From Octopus vulgaris (Eukaryota), in assembly GCA_951406725.2 (NCBI GenBank), contig OX597816.1, positions 145,266,001-145,330,000 on the forward strand: DNA of 64,000 nt, read 5' to 3'. Each line of letters opens with the position of its first letter. The stretch's first letter is position 1. Below are positions 24,761-37,310 of this stretch, piece by piece. The position numbers and the translations under genes are program-made. Below the pieces are notes generated by a model that did no database searches, was not told the DNA's origin, and saw only the letters and a program-made list of their open reading frames with translations.

Positions 24761-26673
24761 ATACTCACATGTAGTTGTCTCCATATTTTGTTTACGTCAG
24801 CCGAACTCTTATGTTATGTATAACTTTGGTTTCACGAAATACAAAATTTGTGTGTTGGTCATATATCTTACGAAGTTGCACTGTAAAAAGAAAAAGAAAA
24901 AAGTAGATGGGCTGTAATAATCAAACAAAGTTTTGTATACAATATTGTTTTGTGTTACTTTTGAGGAATTTTTGAAACTGTTCATTTTATGGAGATGACA
25001 TGATTCCAGGAAAAAAATCAAAATTATATAATCTTTTTTGAAAATCCATCTCAGGTAAATGATTTTCGAAAAAAAACCCAACAAAGCAAAACAACTATAC
25101 CAGCTTCTCCGACAGCTTTCATCCACCCATCTGCCCATATTTGAATACCTGTTGATCCAACAGGCAAAGTTGGTTGAAGCCACAATGTAGTCACTCGATA
25201 TGCTAGCAATATTAGGAAAGTGTCTGAGAAATATATTTTTCCAAACTTTTAATTTTGTAAATCACTTCTTACTTCGCCCGTCGGAAAACAATACTCGTCG
25301 CACAATCATGATGCATGTTGAATCAACATACGAAATGATTTATGTCTATATGCGGTAAGAAATTTTCATTCACATAATTCTGATATTTTCACATATAATG
25401 TAGAACAAGTTTAAAAATTTTAAATCCCCTTCTCCCGGCTTTAAGAATAATGACGCCTGTAACACTCCCATTACCATTTCCCGCTCACCATCTTTCACGG
25501 AAATAACGAAAGATTGTCTCTGTAGATGTTTATTCTCAGTGTTTCTCACAAATGGATCAGCCCTTCTAGCGAGAGACTACATTAGCACGCTTCCAACTGT
25601 TGCTCTTGCTCCCACGGTTTAACCTTCCTTTCTCCCTGCATGGAAACTTCAACCGGTTGTTACGTAATTTCATTTTAACTTCCTTGTTCTTGTTTAACAG
25701 AGTGGTTATCAAATTGACAAATATCTGAGTGCCTATGCGCATCAAAATATCAGAGTAATACGTTTCCATCTTCCTGTTTATTCACGAGGAGGCAGAATGT
25801 ACTTTTCCTTCCATGAAGTTCTTTCTTGGACTAGTACTAAATATTTTAAAGCCTTTCTAGAAAAACTTCTGGAAATTACCGTTTAAGTCTTCAAACCGAA
25901 ACTCTTATCTATTTTGAGTTTGTGAAATAAAAGATACATTATTTTCCTCAATAGATACGTCTTCACAGATTCCGATATGTTTGAAATTGGATTCTGCACT
26001 TAACTAAAAGGATTCTCCATAATTAGGTTCACTTCTTAGCTTTCAGTTGCATTTCCATCAACATTCAGAGTACATAATAACAGAGTCTTTCATAGAAAGG
26101 AAAACGAAACTGCGGCAGGTAGTAAGGAGTTAAAAGTAGGGAGCAGACAAATCGAAATGTTTGAAAAATTGAAGCTCAATTTAAACATTTATATTCTGTT
26201 CAAGACATTGGTAAATGAAGAAGAATTATATGACGGAAAAATCAAATTTGTCTCCTCATATATAAAGAGAGTGACCAAAATATTTGCCTAGTAATTTAAC
26301 GGAAAGGATTATAGCACGAGCAAAGAGATTTTCCAGTTAAGGGATGATTTATAAAGAATTACTCCAATGTTTCTCATAAGAAAGCAGTGCTTCTCCCTTA
26401 GGTGGGTTTTGGAGAGAAGAAAAGATGATTTGAAACATTTAATTCAGACTTAAAACAACTGCGAAGAAAGTAGAATTATACGAATGAAAATAACAGCTCG
26501 CTTATTTCTTAATGAAGCTGGGAGGGGGTGCAAATGAACCTACTGTTTTGGAGAAGGTTTATTAGAATGGGAAGGAACAAATGTACTGAAACATTCTTTA
26601 TTTCTTTGTGGTATTTAGAATGGCGGCAGATGGGGAGGTTTTAAAAAATGTGACGGATATTCGACACGTTCGT

Positions 26674-26726
<53 letters not shown>

Positions 26727-26832
26727 GGAAGTAATCCAAACTTACAGGAAAAAATTAGATTTAGGATTAAATCTAATTTTATAGTATAAATATATATATA
26801 TTATATTAAATTAGAGATAAAACCACTATTAG

Positions 26833-28188
26833 ACTGCGGACTGGAGAACAGCGATAATCTGCCCAATTTTCAAGAAAGGGAGCCGCGAAGACCCGCTTAA
26901 CTACTGACCGGTTTCCCTTACATCAATAATCAGCAAGATGTTCGAAACCATCCTTAAGAAAGGTATGATGCTCCACCTCCAAAACACAGCCTCTATCTCT
27001 GATTCCCAACACGGCTTCGTGCCGAAGAGATCATGCTTGACCAACTTACTGGTAATGGAAGAATTGGTGACGCGCATCCTCGATGATAGTGATGCTGTTG
27101 ACATCGTTTTATTAGACTTTGCTAAAACTTTTGACTCGGTAAACCACCGCCTATTACTTGTCAAGCTTCAAGCATATAGTTTCCATCCGGATATTGTACG
27201 ATGGGTTGGTGCCTTCCTCTCCGATCGCTCCTTCCAAGTCCAAGTTAATGATTCGCTGTCCGACGTCACCAGTGCGAGCAGTGGCGTGCCTCAAGGTTCA
27301 GTGCCTGGGTCCTTATTGTTTTTAGTCTTCATAAATGATCTGCCCGACGACCTCACGCAACACACCCTTCTATTTGCCGACGATATCAAACTGGTCGCTC
27401 CTCGCGGTGATATAGAGGATCTTCGTCGATGCCTCCACCAAATTTGGAGATGGTCTAACGTGTCTGAACGTGTCAAAGCGCTGCCATCTGCCTGTTGGCT
27501 CTCCTCCTGCAACTCAACTTGATTTCGAGCCGGGTCGTCTGCTGCTGGAGAGGACCGGTCAGGTAAAGGACTTGGGTATCTTGGTGGATTCCTCCTTTTC
27601 GCCTTCGGCCCAGTGCGTCCATGCTGCTAAAAAAGCACGCGGAGTTCTGTTCTTGATTCGACGGTCATTCGGAATGCTCACAGCAGCCATATTCCTACCG
27701 CTCTATGTCACGCTGGTGAGACGCTCAAAGGCATACAGCATCTCGAGAGTGTCCAGAAGCTGGCTACCCGCATGGTTCTTGGTCTCAAGAATTTGTCTTA
27801 TGAGGAAAGGCTGAAGACGCTCGACCTTTATTCTCTAGAAAAACGGTGATCTCATTCTTGCTCACATCATAAGCGGAAAGTGTAACCTCTCGAAAGAGCT
27901 GTTCTTCACTCCTGCTCCAGAGCGTGGGCTGCGGGGTCATTCCGAAAAGCTCTATCTGCGACGATTTCATCTCAATCGAAGGAGAGAGGCTTTCTCCACC
28001 CGGGTTGCGGATCCGTGAAATAAGCTGCCGGACGAGATGGTGAAGATGCCGACGACCGCTCGGTTCAAAGTCTCCCTTGACCACAAGTGGCCTGAACTAT
28101 TTACATGAACACCACCCTGTACATAACTCCATGTCCCCCTACATGGCCTTGCTTTTTGCTTTTTGAGCCAAAAAATTAACTAACTACC
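26833..28188 (+). mobile_element. 5'-truncated CR1-clade LINE with (TAAC)n tail
   Basis: DWRTAIICPIFKKG, QHGFVPKRSCLTNL, LDFAKTFDSV, SGVPQGSV, LFADDIKL, KDLGILVD; tail aattaactaactacc. Confidence 0.92.
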
Positions 28189-28548
28189 TAGGCAAATCAA
28201 ACAGTGAAAATCATAAACCAATACATAGAAATAAAATTAATTAATAAAAAATATATAAAAAATATAAAATATAAAATTCCAAATTAAAATATTTAAACTA
28301 AAGTTAAAATTTTAAAGGTTTTCCATTTAATTCTAGAAACAAAATCCTTAATATTATTAATAAGTTTCAAAATATATTCTTTTCTAGAAGGTATTGGAAT
28401 ATTCTTCAAAGATGAATTCCAAAATAGCGGTTCTATCTTACCTGTAAATTCTAAAATTACGAAAAAATACCGTTAAAAATGAAGGGAAATTACTCTGTTA
28501 TAACTCTGCTTTACCTGCGTACTTACAACTATAGACACTAACCTGGCG

Positions 28549-29514
28549 GTTGTCAATTTCTTAGACGTTTCCTTAGATCTTAATAATAATATTTATAAGC
28601 CTTATAGGAAGCCCAATGATAGACTAAGTTATATTAATGTAGGTTCATGCCATCCCCCTATAGTATTCAAAAATTTAGTTAAAAATATTAGTAAGAGGAT
28701 TTCTAGCCTCTCATCTAATGAGGACATCTTCAATAGCGTTGCTCCAGTTTATAATAAAGCTTTAAAAGATAGTGGTTTTAGCGAAAAAATAAAATATACA
28801 CCTATCACCAGCCCAACAATAAGGAAAAGGAATAATAGAAATAGGAAGGTCATCTGGTTTACGCCCCCTTACTCACCCGAGGTGGCCTTCAATATAGGTA
28901 AATATTTCCTAGCACTGATAGATAGACATTTTCCAGTTAACCATGCTTATAGGAAACTCTTCAATAGACACAATTTAAAAATTAGTTTTAGTTCAACTAC
29001 CAATTTTAAAAACATAATCAATCATAACATACAAAAAACACAAGAAGAAAACAGCTGTTCATGCAGGAATAAAGAATTGTGCCCGCTAAATGGAGCTTGC
29101 ATGTCCAAGACCATCATATATGAAGCTACCGTAAACTCTATAACCACTAAAGACACCGTTTCGACGAAGAAATACGTGGGCCTGACAGAGGGTAATTTCA
29201 AGGCCAGGTTCAATAACCACACTTTGAGCTTTAGGCACTGGAACAAAAGAAAAGCGACACAATTATCCAATCATATTTGGTCTTTAAGAGATAAAGGTGT
29301 CGATTATAACATACAATGGAAGATTTTGGCCAGATGTAAGCCCTATACTAACGGCAGCGGAAGGTGCGGTTTATGCGACATGGAGAGATGGCTTATCTGG
29401 AAAAGCAGCTTAGACCCTACCACATGTCTAAATACAAGGACAGAGCTTTTCGGATCATGCCCACATGTGACTAAATTTCTGTTACGTTTTTGGTCCCCTA
29501 AAGAAAACGGATAG
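28549..29514 (+). CDS. PLE polyprotein C-terminal part (RT thumb, Cys linker, GIY-YIG endonuclease); partial, no start codon
   Basis: Open frame VVNFLDVSLDL..YRKPN..SCHPP..WFTPPYS..CSCRNKELCPLNGAC..IIYEA..KYVGLT..FKARFNNH..RCGLC..LNTRTEL. Confidence 0.85.
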   Translation, partial: VVNFLDVSLDLNNNIYKPYRKPNDRLSYINVGSCHPPIVFKNLVKNISKRISSLSSNEDIFNSVAPVYNKALKDSGFSEKIKYTPITSPTIRKRNNRNRKVIWFTPPYSPEVAFNIGKYFLALIDRHFPVNHAYRKLFNRHNLKISFSSTTNFKNIINHNIQKTQEENSCSCRNKELCPLNGACMSKTIIYEATVNSITTKDTVSTKKYVGLTEGNFKARFNNHTLSFRHWNKRKATQLSNHIWSLRDKGVDYNIQWKILARCKPYTNGSGRCGLCDMERWLIWKSSLDPTTCLNTRTELFGSCPHVTKFLLRFWSPKENG

Positions 29515-29708
29515 AACATGCTTTCTGTGTTATGTCCCAAGAAGATTTTATATATTTTTATATATTTTTATATATTTTTATGTATTTTTATATAATTTTT
29601 ATGACGAAAAATGCGAGCGATGTATAAGTACGCAGGCAAAGCAGAGTTATAACAGAGTAATTTCCCTTCATTTTTAACGGTATTTTTTCATAACGTTTTC
29701 AAATAGCC

Positions 29709-29771
29709 AGATAACCGAAGAGATGGTGTTGTGGATTTCCACTTCGGCATCTGAAACTCAGAGTTTTATCT
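29709..29771 (+). ncRNA. Hammerhead-like motif (U4C core variant) in the PLE pLTR
   Basis: AGAUAA CCGAAGA GAUG..CAUC(U) GAAA CUCAGAG UU UUAUCU: 6-bp stem I and near-palindromic stem III. Confidence 0.6.
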
Positions 29772-29791
29772 TGACTACCGAGTAATGTAAC

Positions 29792-29831
<40 letters not shown>

Positions 29832-30633
29832 GTGGTCGACTGTTAGTTGTGTACCAAGATAACACCCTATAACTACATCAGAACACTGAATCTGAAGTGC
29901 ACTATCTTTGGGAAAGTTACATTTTCAGAATATGAAAATGAATGAAAAAGTTTCTGTTGATTTCTATGGAAAGTTCTATCCGAAGGTAGAAAAACGTATG
30001 AAAATATACACATGCGCTTACGATATAATTAAAAGGGAGATATATGGGTAGACGCGCACACACTTTCACACACACAGACACACACGTACGTCGACACACA
30101 GACGTACTCAGAAAATCACACACACAATGCAGAGATAGGGGATTTATGTATGTATCTATATAAATTCACATATACGTGGTTTATGTATGTCTATATGTCG
30201 ACTACCACAGTTGTTGGAGTAAGAGGGGAAGAGAGAAAGGTTTGTAAGGTCATGAAGATTGTTTAAGAGATAAGAGATGAATCATAGACTATTGATTTTA
30301 AGTATTGGTCATCCCAGTGCTTAGGCGTTTTTGTGTTTTTGTCTTGGTTGTGCGTCCATGCGTCTCGCTTGACATTTTTATAGTCGGACTACATAGTGGA
30401 TCAATTAAGAAGACTTGGTTGTGTAGGCACGAATACCCACACACATACTCACACATACATACACATATACATAAAATGAACCTGTCCATACATATAAATA
30501 TTGACATACATACAAACATAAACAGAGATTTTCAGAATATACAAACACATACACACCTATACATATATATATATATATATATTATCAGTTATCGCCAAGC
30601 TAATATGGCAGTCCATAAATATAAGACTTTATA

Positions 30634-31060
30634 TCTCTATATACATAAAACTGAGAATGTGTATATGTCTGTCTGTCTGTTTGTGTGTTTCCCTAAAACT
30701 TGAGAACTACGCAACCAACTTCATTCAAATTTTACACATGCCTTACTTAGGGTCCGGGGAGTGTCATCGGCAAAAATATTTTTTACTTTTTGCCTAGTGC
30801 GAGCCCACAGCAATATCGTATCTTCTACACTACAATTCCCTAAAACTTGAGAACTACACAACCAATTTCATTCAAATTTTTACACATGCCTTACTTAGGG
30901 TCCATGTAGTTTTATGGGCAAAAAATGTTCAAATTCTTGCCTAGGGCGAGCCCATAGGAATATCATATCTTGTCCACTATTTCAGTATTACGTGTTAAAA
31001 GTGAAACAAAACAGTTCTCTATTTTATGTCAGATATTTCACTTTAACAATAAAAATTAGA
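30634..31060 (+). mobile_element. Non-autonomous Helitron-like element with internal 148-bp tandem repeat
   Basis: 5' tctctatatacataaaa plus (gtct)n; the unit ttccctaaaacttgagaactac.. repeats at about 30689 and 30836. Confidence 0.6.
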
Positions 31061-31357
31061 GATAATAATAACAATTGAATTATATGCAGTAAGTAATAAT
31101 TAAAATCAAATTAAGTATAATATAATCGTAACATAACAAAAGTAAAAATAGCAATTGGTATAAAATTGCATCAGTGACTTGAACTTGAATAGTTATGTAC
31201 ATATATGTATGTATATATGCATATATTTATATATTATTTATATTATAATATTATATAGTTACATACACACACACATATATGTGTGTGTATATGTGCTATT
31301 AAGTTAGACATGGCCTGGACCAATCTTTGGTCGAAACATATCTAAGTTTTATATGTG

Positions 31358-31422
<65 letters not shown>

Positions 31423-31427
<5 letters not shown>

Positions 31428-31626
31428 TTAAAGCAGCAGAAAATTCAACAAAACATGTTACTCTGAGTTTCCCGTTGCCGTTCATCGGTTTTTGCTAGAA
31501 TGGAACCGTTGAAGGGCAACGGGAAACTCAGAGTAACAGGTTTTGTTGAATTTTCTGCTGCTTTAAATAAAGCATATTACTCTACCACTGGTATTTGAGT
31601 ACTCTCTTTTACACCTTGTTTTCTCC

Positions 31627-31630
<4 letters not shown>
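31423..31630. mobile_element. Palindromic PLE-pLTR-derived element with HHR-like motifs on both strands
   Basis: 68-bp inverted arms (31423-31490 and 31504-31571) each contain CCG(A/U)UGA..GAAACUCAGAGUA; flanked by (TA)n. Confidence 0.75.
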
Positions 31631-31687
<57 letters not shown>

Positions 31688-32064
31688 TGAGATAGGGGTT
31701 GTAAGAGCAACCCTCCATGGGATAACATATATCCAATATACTGCTAGTGAAGTACCCAACAAAGTAATACATAAATGTTAAGAATTGCGATGCAGTTAAT
31801 TCATTTACTGTATTATATGGGCAAAGGTAAAATGTTTTACCACAAATTAATAATACAAAATAAGAAAATGGAGAAAAACATCTTAATCAATGATCAACTA
31901 CCAGATAATACCCAATCACATAATTTATTAAACCACTACATATGAACATTAAGGTCAAACATAATAATATAGAACAAAACAATGTACATGAAAGAGTAAT
32001 ATAATACAATATGTACAGTATGTATAAGTGAATATAAATAAATACAAATATAAATATAAACTAC

Positions 32065-32154
32065 ATCTTACAGCTGTTTCAGCCATGTGTGATAGATTAA
32101 TATGTAGTTATAAATTAGATACTTACAAAAATATCACAAGGCCTCTTCAGAGAT
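32065..32154 (-). ncRNA. Type I hammerhead ribozyme with extended stem II
   Basis: Minus strand reads AUCU CUGAAGA GGCC uUGUGAUA..UAUCACA cau GGCU GAAA CAGCUG UA AGAU: perfect palindromic stem III (ACAGCUGU), GUA site. Confidence 0.82.
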
Positions 32155-32281
32155 TATGAAGAACAAACTAAATTAAATATGAAAATCAGAGGAGGTACAC
32201 CTATACAATAGTGGGTACATACCCATAATATATAATATATAATATAATATACACATACATATGAGTGCATATATCCATACT

Positions 32282-32323
<42 letters not shown>

Positions 32324-32684
32324 TATAATAATAATAATAATAAAAATATACAGCAATATACATACATATGTTCTATATTCAAGGTTACAGTTAGTCACAA
32401 CAATATAGAAACATACACATATCTATATTCAAATACAGATATACAAAGTCAATAATTCATTATATTAAGTTACAAAATGCCATTAATATTAATATCATTA
32501 CTATTACCATTGCCACTATTGCTACTAATATCATTATTATTATTATTATTATTAATAATGGCATTAGCAACAAAATAGCAAAAACAACAACAATAATACA
32601 GTACCATGCAAAGCATTAAGATCGGCAGATACATATAAAAAGAAAGATGGAAAACATTGATTTACATAGTAGAAAATTCCACAG

Positions 32685-33200
32685 GTGTATACCCCATATC
32701 CATTCCAGTTCACCACGTTTGACTACGTAATCGATTCCACCTCCACTTCCTCTTCTGCCGCTCCTAGGATGGCTGTTGCCAGCCATTCTGTTTTTACTTC
32801 TTGGGGTATATTCGGGATTTTAACTCGAACCCCTCTTCTTCCCTTGTATGAGAGCCACATGGTGAATTTTTCCGCTCTTAGTACGGTGGTAGCCAGCGAG
32901 GCTGCAATCTCCTCTGTTGCACACCTCACCTCCACCGTACCAAATTTCTTGCCTCTACTCACGTAAGTAATTTTTTACATTATGTCTCCCAGACATTTCT
33001 CGATTTCGTCTATCTCAATTCTTGCCAGTTTCCTTGTACTCCTGTCTTGGGTTCTGTTGGTCAATGTCTTGTTTTCCTTGTCCTCTTTTGTTTTCGCGGG
33101 GGTGGGGGTGGATTAGCTTCACGCTATCACCCTCCCTTTTGAAAAGTTTCTCGTATTCTTTAAGTTTTTCTTTCTCAACGAATACTTCTCTTATAATTAG
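32685..33200 (-). mobile_element. LINE ORF1-like (Tx1/L1-type RRM) remnant
   Basis: SRGKKFGTVEVRCATEEIAASLAT..SYKGRRGVRVKIPNIPQEVKTEWLATAI resembles non-LTR ORF1 RRM regions; the frame is disrupted. Confidence 0.5.
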
Positions 33201-33789
33201 TGACGAATCAATATAATTAGTGACGAATACAATATCAATTTCACCCACAGAAAAAATCAACGTCTTATCACAACGAACAACACTTAGACAATAAACGATG
33301 AATAACTGACAAATTTTCAAGCGGTTTACCACATTTAAATAAGAAATGAAATTCACTGAAAAGTTAACTTTAGTTCATCATGCAAATAATAGCCAATGGG
33401 AATATTCCACTCTCTACTATAAAAAAATTATTTAAGATTACAGGTTTGTGCATAAGTGTTCACTGGATCTAATGATCTAATTGGACCGTATTTTCAAAAA
33501 GCTTTTATATTCTAAAAAATTATATTTTAAAGTTTAAGAAAATTATAAGACACTAAATATTTATGCTTACAACATACTAAAATGTCTGTAATATTTTATA
33601 TAGGGGTGAATAAATGAATTCTTGTGTCCCCTATATCTAATTTTAAAATTGGTAGTACTCCCTATATAAATTTTCCTAAGTCCGCTGCATTAAACTAATA
33701 AACCTGTTTGCTATTTACACACCTGTCTTCGTCTTTTGTTCGTTTCTTTTGTAAATTCCAAATATATATGTATGTATGTGTGTGTATGC

Positions 33790-33849
<60 letters not shown>

Positions 33850-33914
33850 GGATTTCGTAGACAGGAACTGAAACAAATCGATCGTATATATATATGTATG
33901 TATATATGTAAGTG

Positions 33915-35050
33915 TATGTGTTTTGGTATTGGCAACATGAATGACAATGGCCAGAGACTACTTGAATTTTGCACATACCATAACCTGTGCATCACTAACA
34001 CATTCTTTGCCAACAAGACATCCCACAAGGCATCTTGGAGACATCCAAGATCTCATCACTGGCATCAGCTGGATCTCATCATTACACGAAGACCCTTTCT
34101 GAATTCTGTTCAACTGATTCGTAGTTACCACAGCGCGGATTGTGACACAGATCATTCACTAATAAGAAGTAGGGTGGGGATTCTGCCTAAAAAGTCCATC
34201 ACTCCAAGAAAATGGGCCGATCACGCATTAACACTGCCAGAACCTCCGACCCTACACTGCGACAATGTTTTGCTGTTTCAATCAAAGTTGCCCTCAGTAG
34301 CTGCCCAACCATCTCTGCTGAAAGTAGGTGGAATTATATCAGGGAAGCTTTGTATGCCACATCAATAGATACTTTCGGCATGAGAGAAAAGCAAAACCCA
34401 GATTTTGTTCAGTGCTGGGCTCTCAGAGCTGGAAACAGTTATCGAAACAAAGCGTGCAGCTCTGATGAAATACAAAAGTGATTCTTCTATAAAGTCACTC
34501 GAAGAACCCAGAAAGGCAAGAAATAAAACCCAACTGACTGCCAGACGCTGTGCAACTAGGTATTGGCAGGACATCTGTCAGAGAATCCAGTCAGCTGCTG
34601 ACAGTGGCAACACCCGTGGGATGTGTGCCGGTTTGAAGAAAGCCCTCGGTCCATCCGCAACCAAGTCAGCCCGTCTGAAATCAACTACTAGGGATCTCAT
34701 CAAGGACCAAAGCAAGCAAATGGATAGATGGGTGGAGTACTACCAGGATCTCTACTCACGAGAGACCACGGTAGCTGAGGCTGCAATCGAGGGTGTCAAG
34801 ATCTTGCCATTCATGTGTGAACTTGACAGTCTGCCACCTATAGCAGAGCTCACCAAGGCTATTGACTCCCTAGCAAGTAACAAGGCTCCGGGAAAAGACG
34901 GCATCCCCTTAGAGATCATCAAAACCGGCAAAAACACCATCCTGCTTCGGCACATTCATTAGCTTCTGTGTCAGTGCTGGGAAGAGGGTACAGTCCCTTG
35001 GGATATGCGGGATGCTATCATCATTACGCTTTACAAAAACAAAGGTGACC
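33915..35050 (+). mobile_element. RTE-clade LINE fragment (APE endonuclease C-terminus to RT start)
   Basis: [43 protein letters not shown]; KAPGKDGIP; DAIIITLYKNKGD. Confidence 0.9.
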
Positions 35051-35204
35051 ATCTAAGAGATGAACGCAGTAGTTGTACTGACAAGTAACATTCGTAGCCA
35101 CTTGAACATAGCTGTTCCATTCGAGCGAAATTTACTGCGATTTTAAACCCCAAGGCGACATCCGATATATTGCAAGCCGCGGAACGAACTCCTACTACCG
35201 TCTA

Positions 35205-35510
35205 GCATATTATCTTCCTTTCCTTAGCCCACCTGTATATTGCGTTCAACTTACGTTGCAGATGCACAACATCTCTAGGGTTCTGTGTCCCCTGAGTGAC
35301 TTTTGTATCGTCTGTATAGCTAGCAAGGGTAACTACTTGAGCAGATGATGGCATGTCAGAGAGGGTCACTATGAATGGCAGGGGCCCCAAGACAGTACCC
35401 AGTGGAACACCACTCATTATTTGGGTTTTCTTGGAGATTACCTCATTGACCACCACTACCTGACTTCTATCATTTTGAAAGTCATGTAGCCATTTTCCGG
35501 TATGCTTGTT
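35205..35510 (-). mobile_element. CR1-like RT fragment
   Basis: WLHDFQNDRSQVVVVN..SGVPLGTVLGPLPF..SYTDDTKV. Confidence 0.85.
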
Positions 35511-35767
35511 CCCAAACAACACTTATTTTAATGCTGTTGACACCGGCGGATTGTATGGTACTGCCCAGGTGTTGAAACCATAATGATATCCGTAGGTCGG
35601 CTGATGATGGAGATATGTTGGATTGTTGGTATGGCTCTTTTTGTATATGTAGAATAGTGTTATAACACATGATTATATATATATATATTTCAAGTTATTT
35701 TTGTAAAGATGTCTGAAATAAAAGGAAAACGGGCAATCATGATGTTTAATTTATCTTAGCATTAGAA

Positions 35768-36100
35768 AGAAGCTGGCAGAATCGTTAGCACACCTGGGTC
35801 GACTTTGCTTTCATCCTTTCGGGGTCGATAAATTAAGTAACAGTTACGCACTGGGGTCGATGTAATCGACTTAATACGTTTGTCTGTCCTTGTTTGTCCT
35901 CTCTGTGTTTAGCCCCTTGTGGGTAGTAAAGAAATAGTTATTTCGTTTGTGTTTAACGTTCTGAGTTCAAATTTCGCTGAGGAAGACTTTGCCTTTCATA
36001 CATTCGAGGTCGATTAATTAAGCACCAGTTGCGTACTGGGGTCGATCTAATCGACGATCCCCCTTCCCCAAAATGTTGGTCCTTGTGCTTAGAGAAGAAA
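35768..36100 (+). mobile_element. SINE family B (Nin/Deu-domain-like), dimeric
   Basis: gctggcagaatcgttagc..gtcgactttgctttcatcctttcggggtcgataaattaagta, with the core repeated twice. Confidence 0.8.
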
Positions 36101-36574
36101 AGATTAGAAAGAAGCATCTTCTAGCTTTCTTTAGTAGATATATTTAATAAAGCAAAGCTTAACTATGCATACATATAAACACTATATTGACAGATAGCCC
36201 GTCAAATAAATTCACTTCGTAGATATATCAATTTTGTATAAAATTCTATATTTCTATAAAATTCTATATTTCTATAAAATTCGAAGTATATAATTTCGTA
36301 TACTTATTTTAGTGGTCAATATAACCGTAGTGGCTACGTATCTTTAAGTTCTAGTCCTTATATGCTATTTGAATGAAACTAGGAATTTAAAATATTAGAA
36401 TCTTTGTCCTTATATGTTTCTCGTATACCTTCATGTATATCTGATATATTAAGAAACTAAATTTTATGAGTTATTTATTTATTTCACAGTAGTTGCAGAA
36501 TCCAGTAAGTTGACAGGAAGATATACTTTAGAACTAAATGTATTTTGTTGTAAAATACATTATTTCAGTTTTAT

Positions 36575-37254
36575 ATGCCTGTTACATATTGGTTTCACAT
36601 TTTGACACAAAGCTAGCAAGTGCATCAACCCTGATGCTCAACTGGTACTTTTTTCATCGGCCCCGAAACAATGGAAGGCAAAGTCGACCGTGGCGGAATT
36701 TGAACTCAGAAATCAAAGGCGCTGGATATGCCACTAAGCCTTTTGTCTGCGCGGTAACGTTTCTGTAATATCACTGCCTTAGATACCTATTACATATTGG
36801 CTTCAAAATTTGGCAAGTTCGGGAATGAGTCGATTACATCGACCACAGTGTTCAACAGGTACTTATTTTATCGACCGCTAAAAGGATGAAAAGCAAATTT
36901 GATGCCGACGACGTTTGAACTCAGAATGTTAAATCGGAAGAAATGCCGCTAAGCATTTTTCTGCCACTTTACGATTGTGCCAGGTCACCTTCTGAGTCAC
37001 CTTCTAATATGCCTATTAAATACTGATTTAAAATTTTGGCACAAGGCCAGTAATTTTAGGGAATCGGTTAAGTTGATTACAACGACCCAGTTTTCAACTG
37101 GTGATTATTTTATCGACCCCGACGGATGACAGGCAAAGTCAGCCCCGGCGAAATTTGAACTCAGAAGGTGAAGACAGACGAAATGCCGCTAAGTATTTTG
37201 TCCGGCATGCTAACGATTCTGCCAGCTCCCCAACTTCTATGCTTCTTACATATT
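36575..37254 (-). repeat. Head-to-tail array of three SINE family B copies separated by four 16-bp direct repeats
   Basis: Repeats atgcctgttacatatt (36575), atacctattacatatt (36783), atgcctattaaatact (37009) and atgcttcttacatatt (37239). Each interval carries atttgaactcagaa-like and aaagtc/gatgaa SINE motifs. Confidence 0.8.
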
Positions 37255-37310
37255 AACACTACATTCTTCATTTTCAACAGAGATTTCGTGTAACTATACT
37301 TTTCATTGGG

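Larger units (their letters stand above)
28463..29795 (+). mobile_element. Penelope-like element (Neptune-type), 5'-truncated, with inverted 5' pLTR copy and 3' pLTR
   Basis: 28463-28525 is an inverted copy of 29625-29687, the typical PLE layout. It contains the RT-thumb plus GIY-YIG frame, has an HHR-like motif at 29709-29771, and ends in (TA)n. Confidence 0.92.

Noticed and set aside
28549-29514. Selenocysteine-recoded (Naiad-type) PLE
   Set aside because: No in-frame TGA in the visible frame, and the endonuclease is C-terminal.
36575-37254. True CRISPR array
   Set aside because: Eukaryotic context, spacers of about 200 bp are homologous SINE copies, and there are no cas genes.
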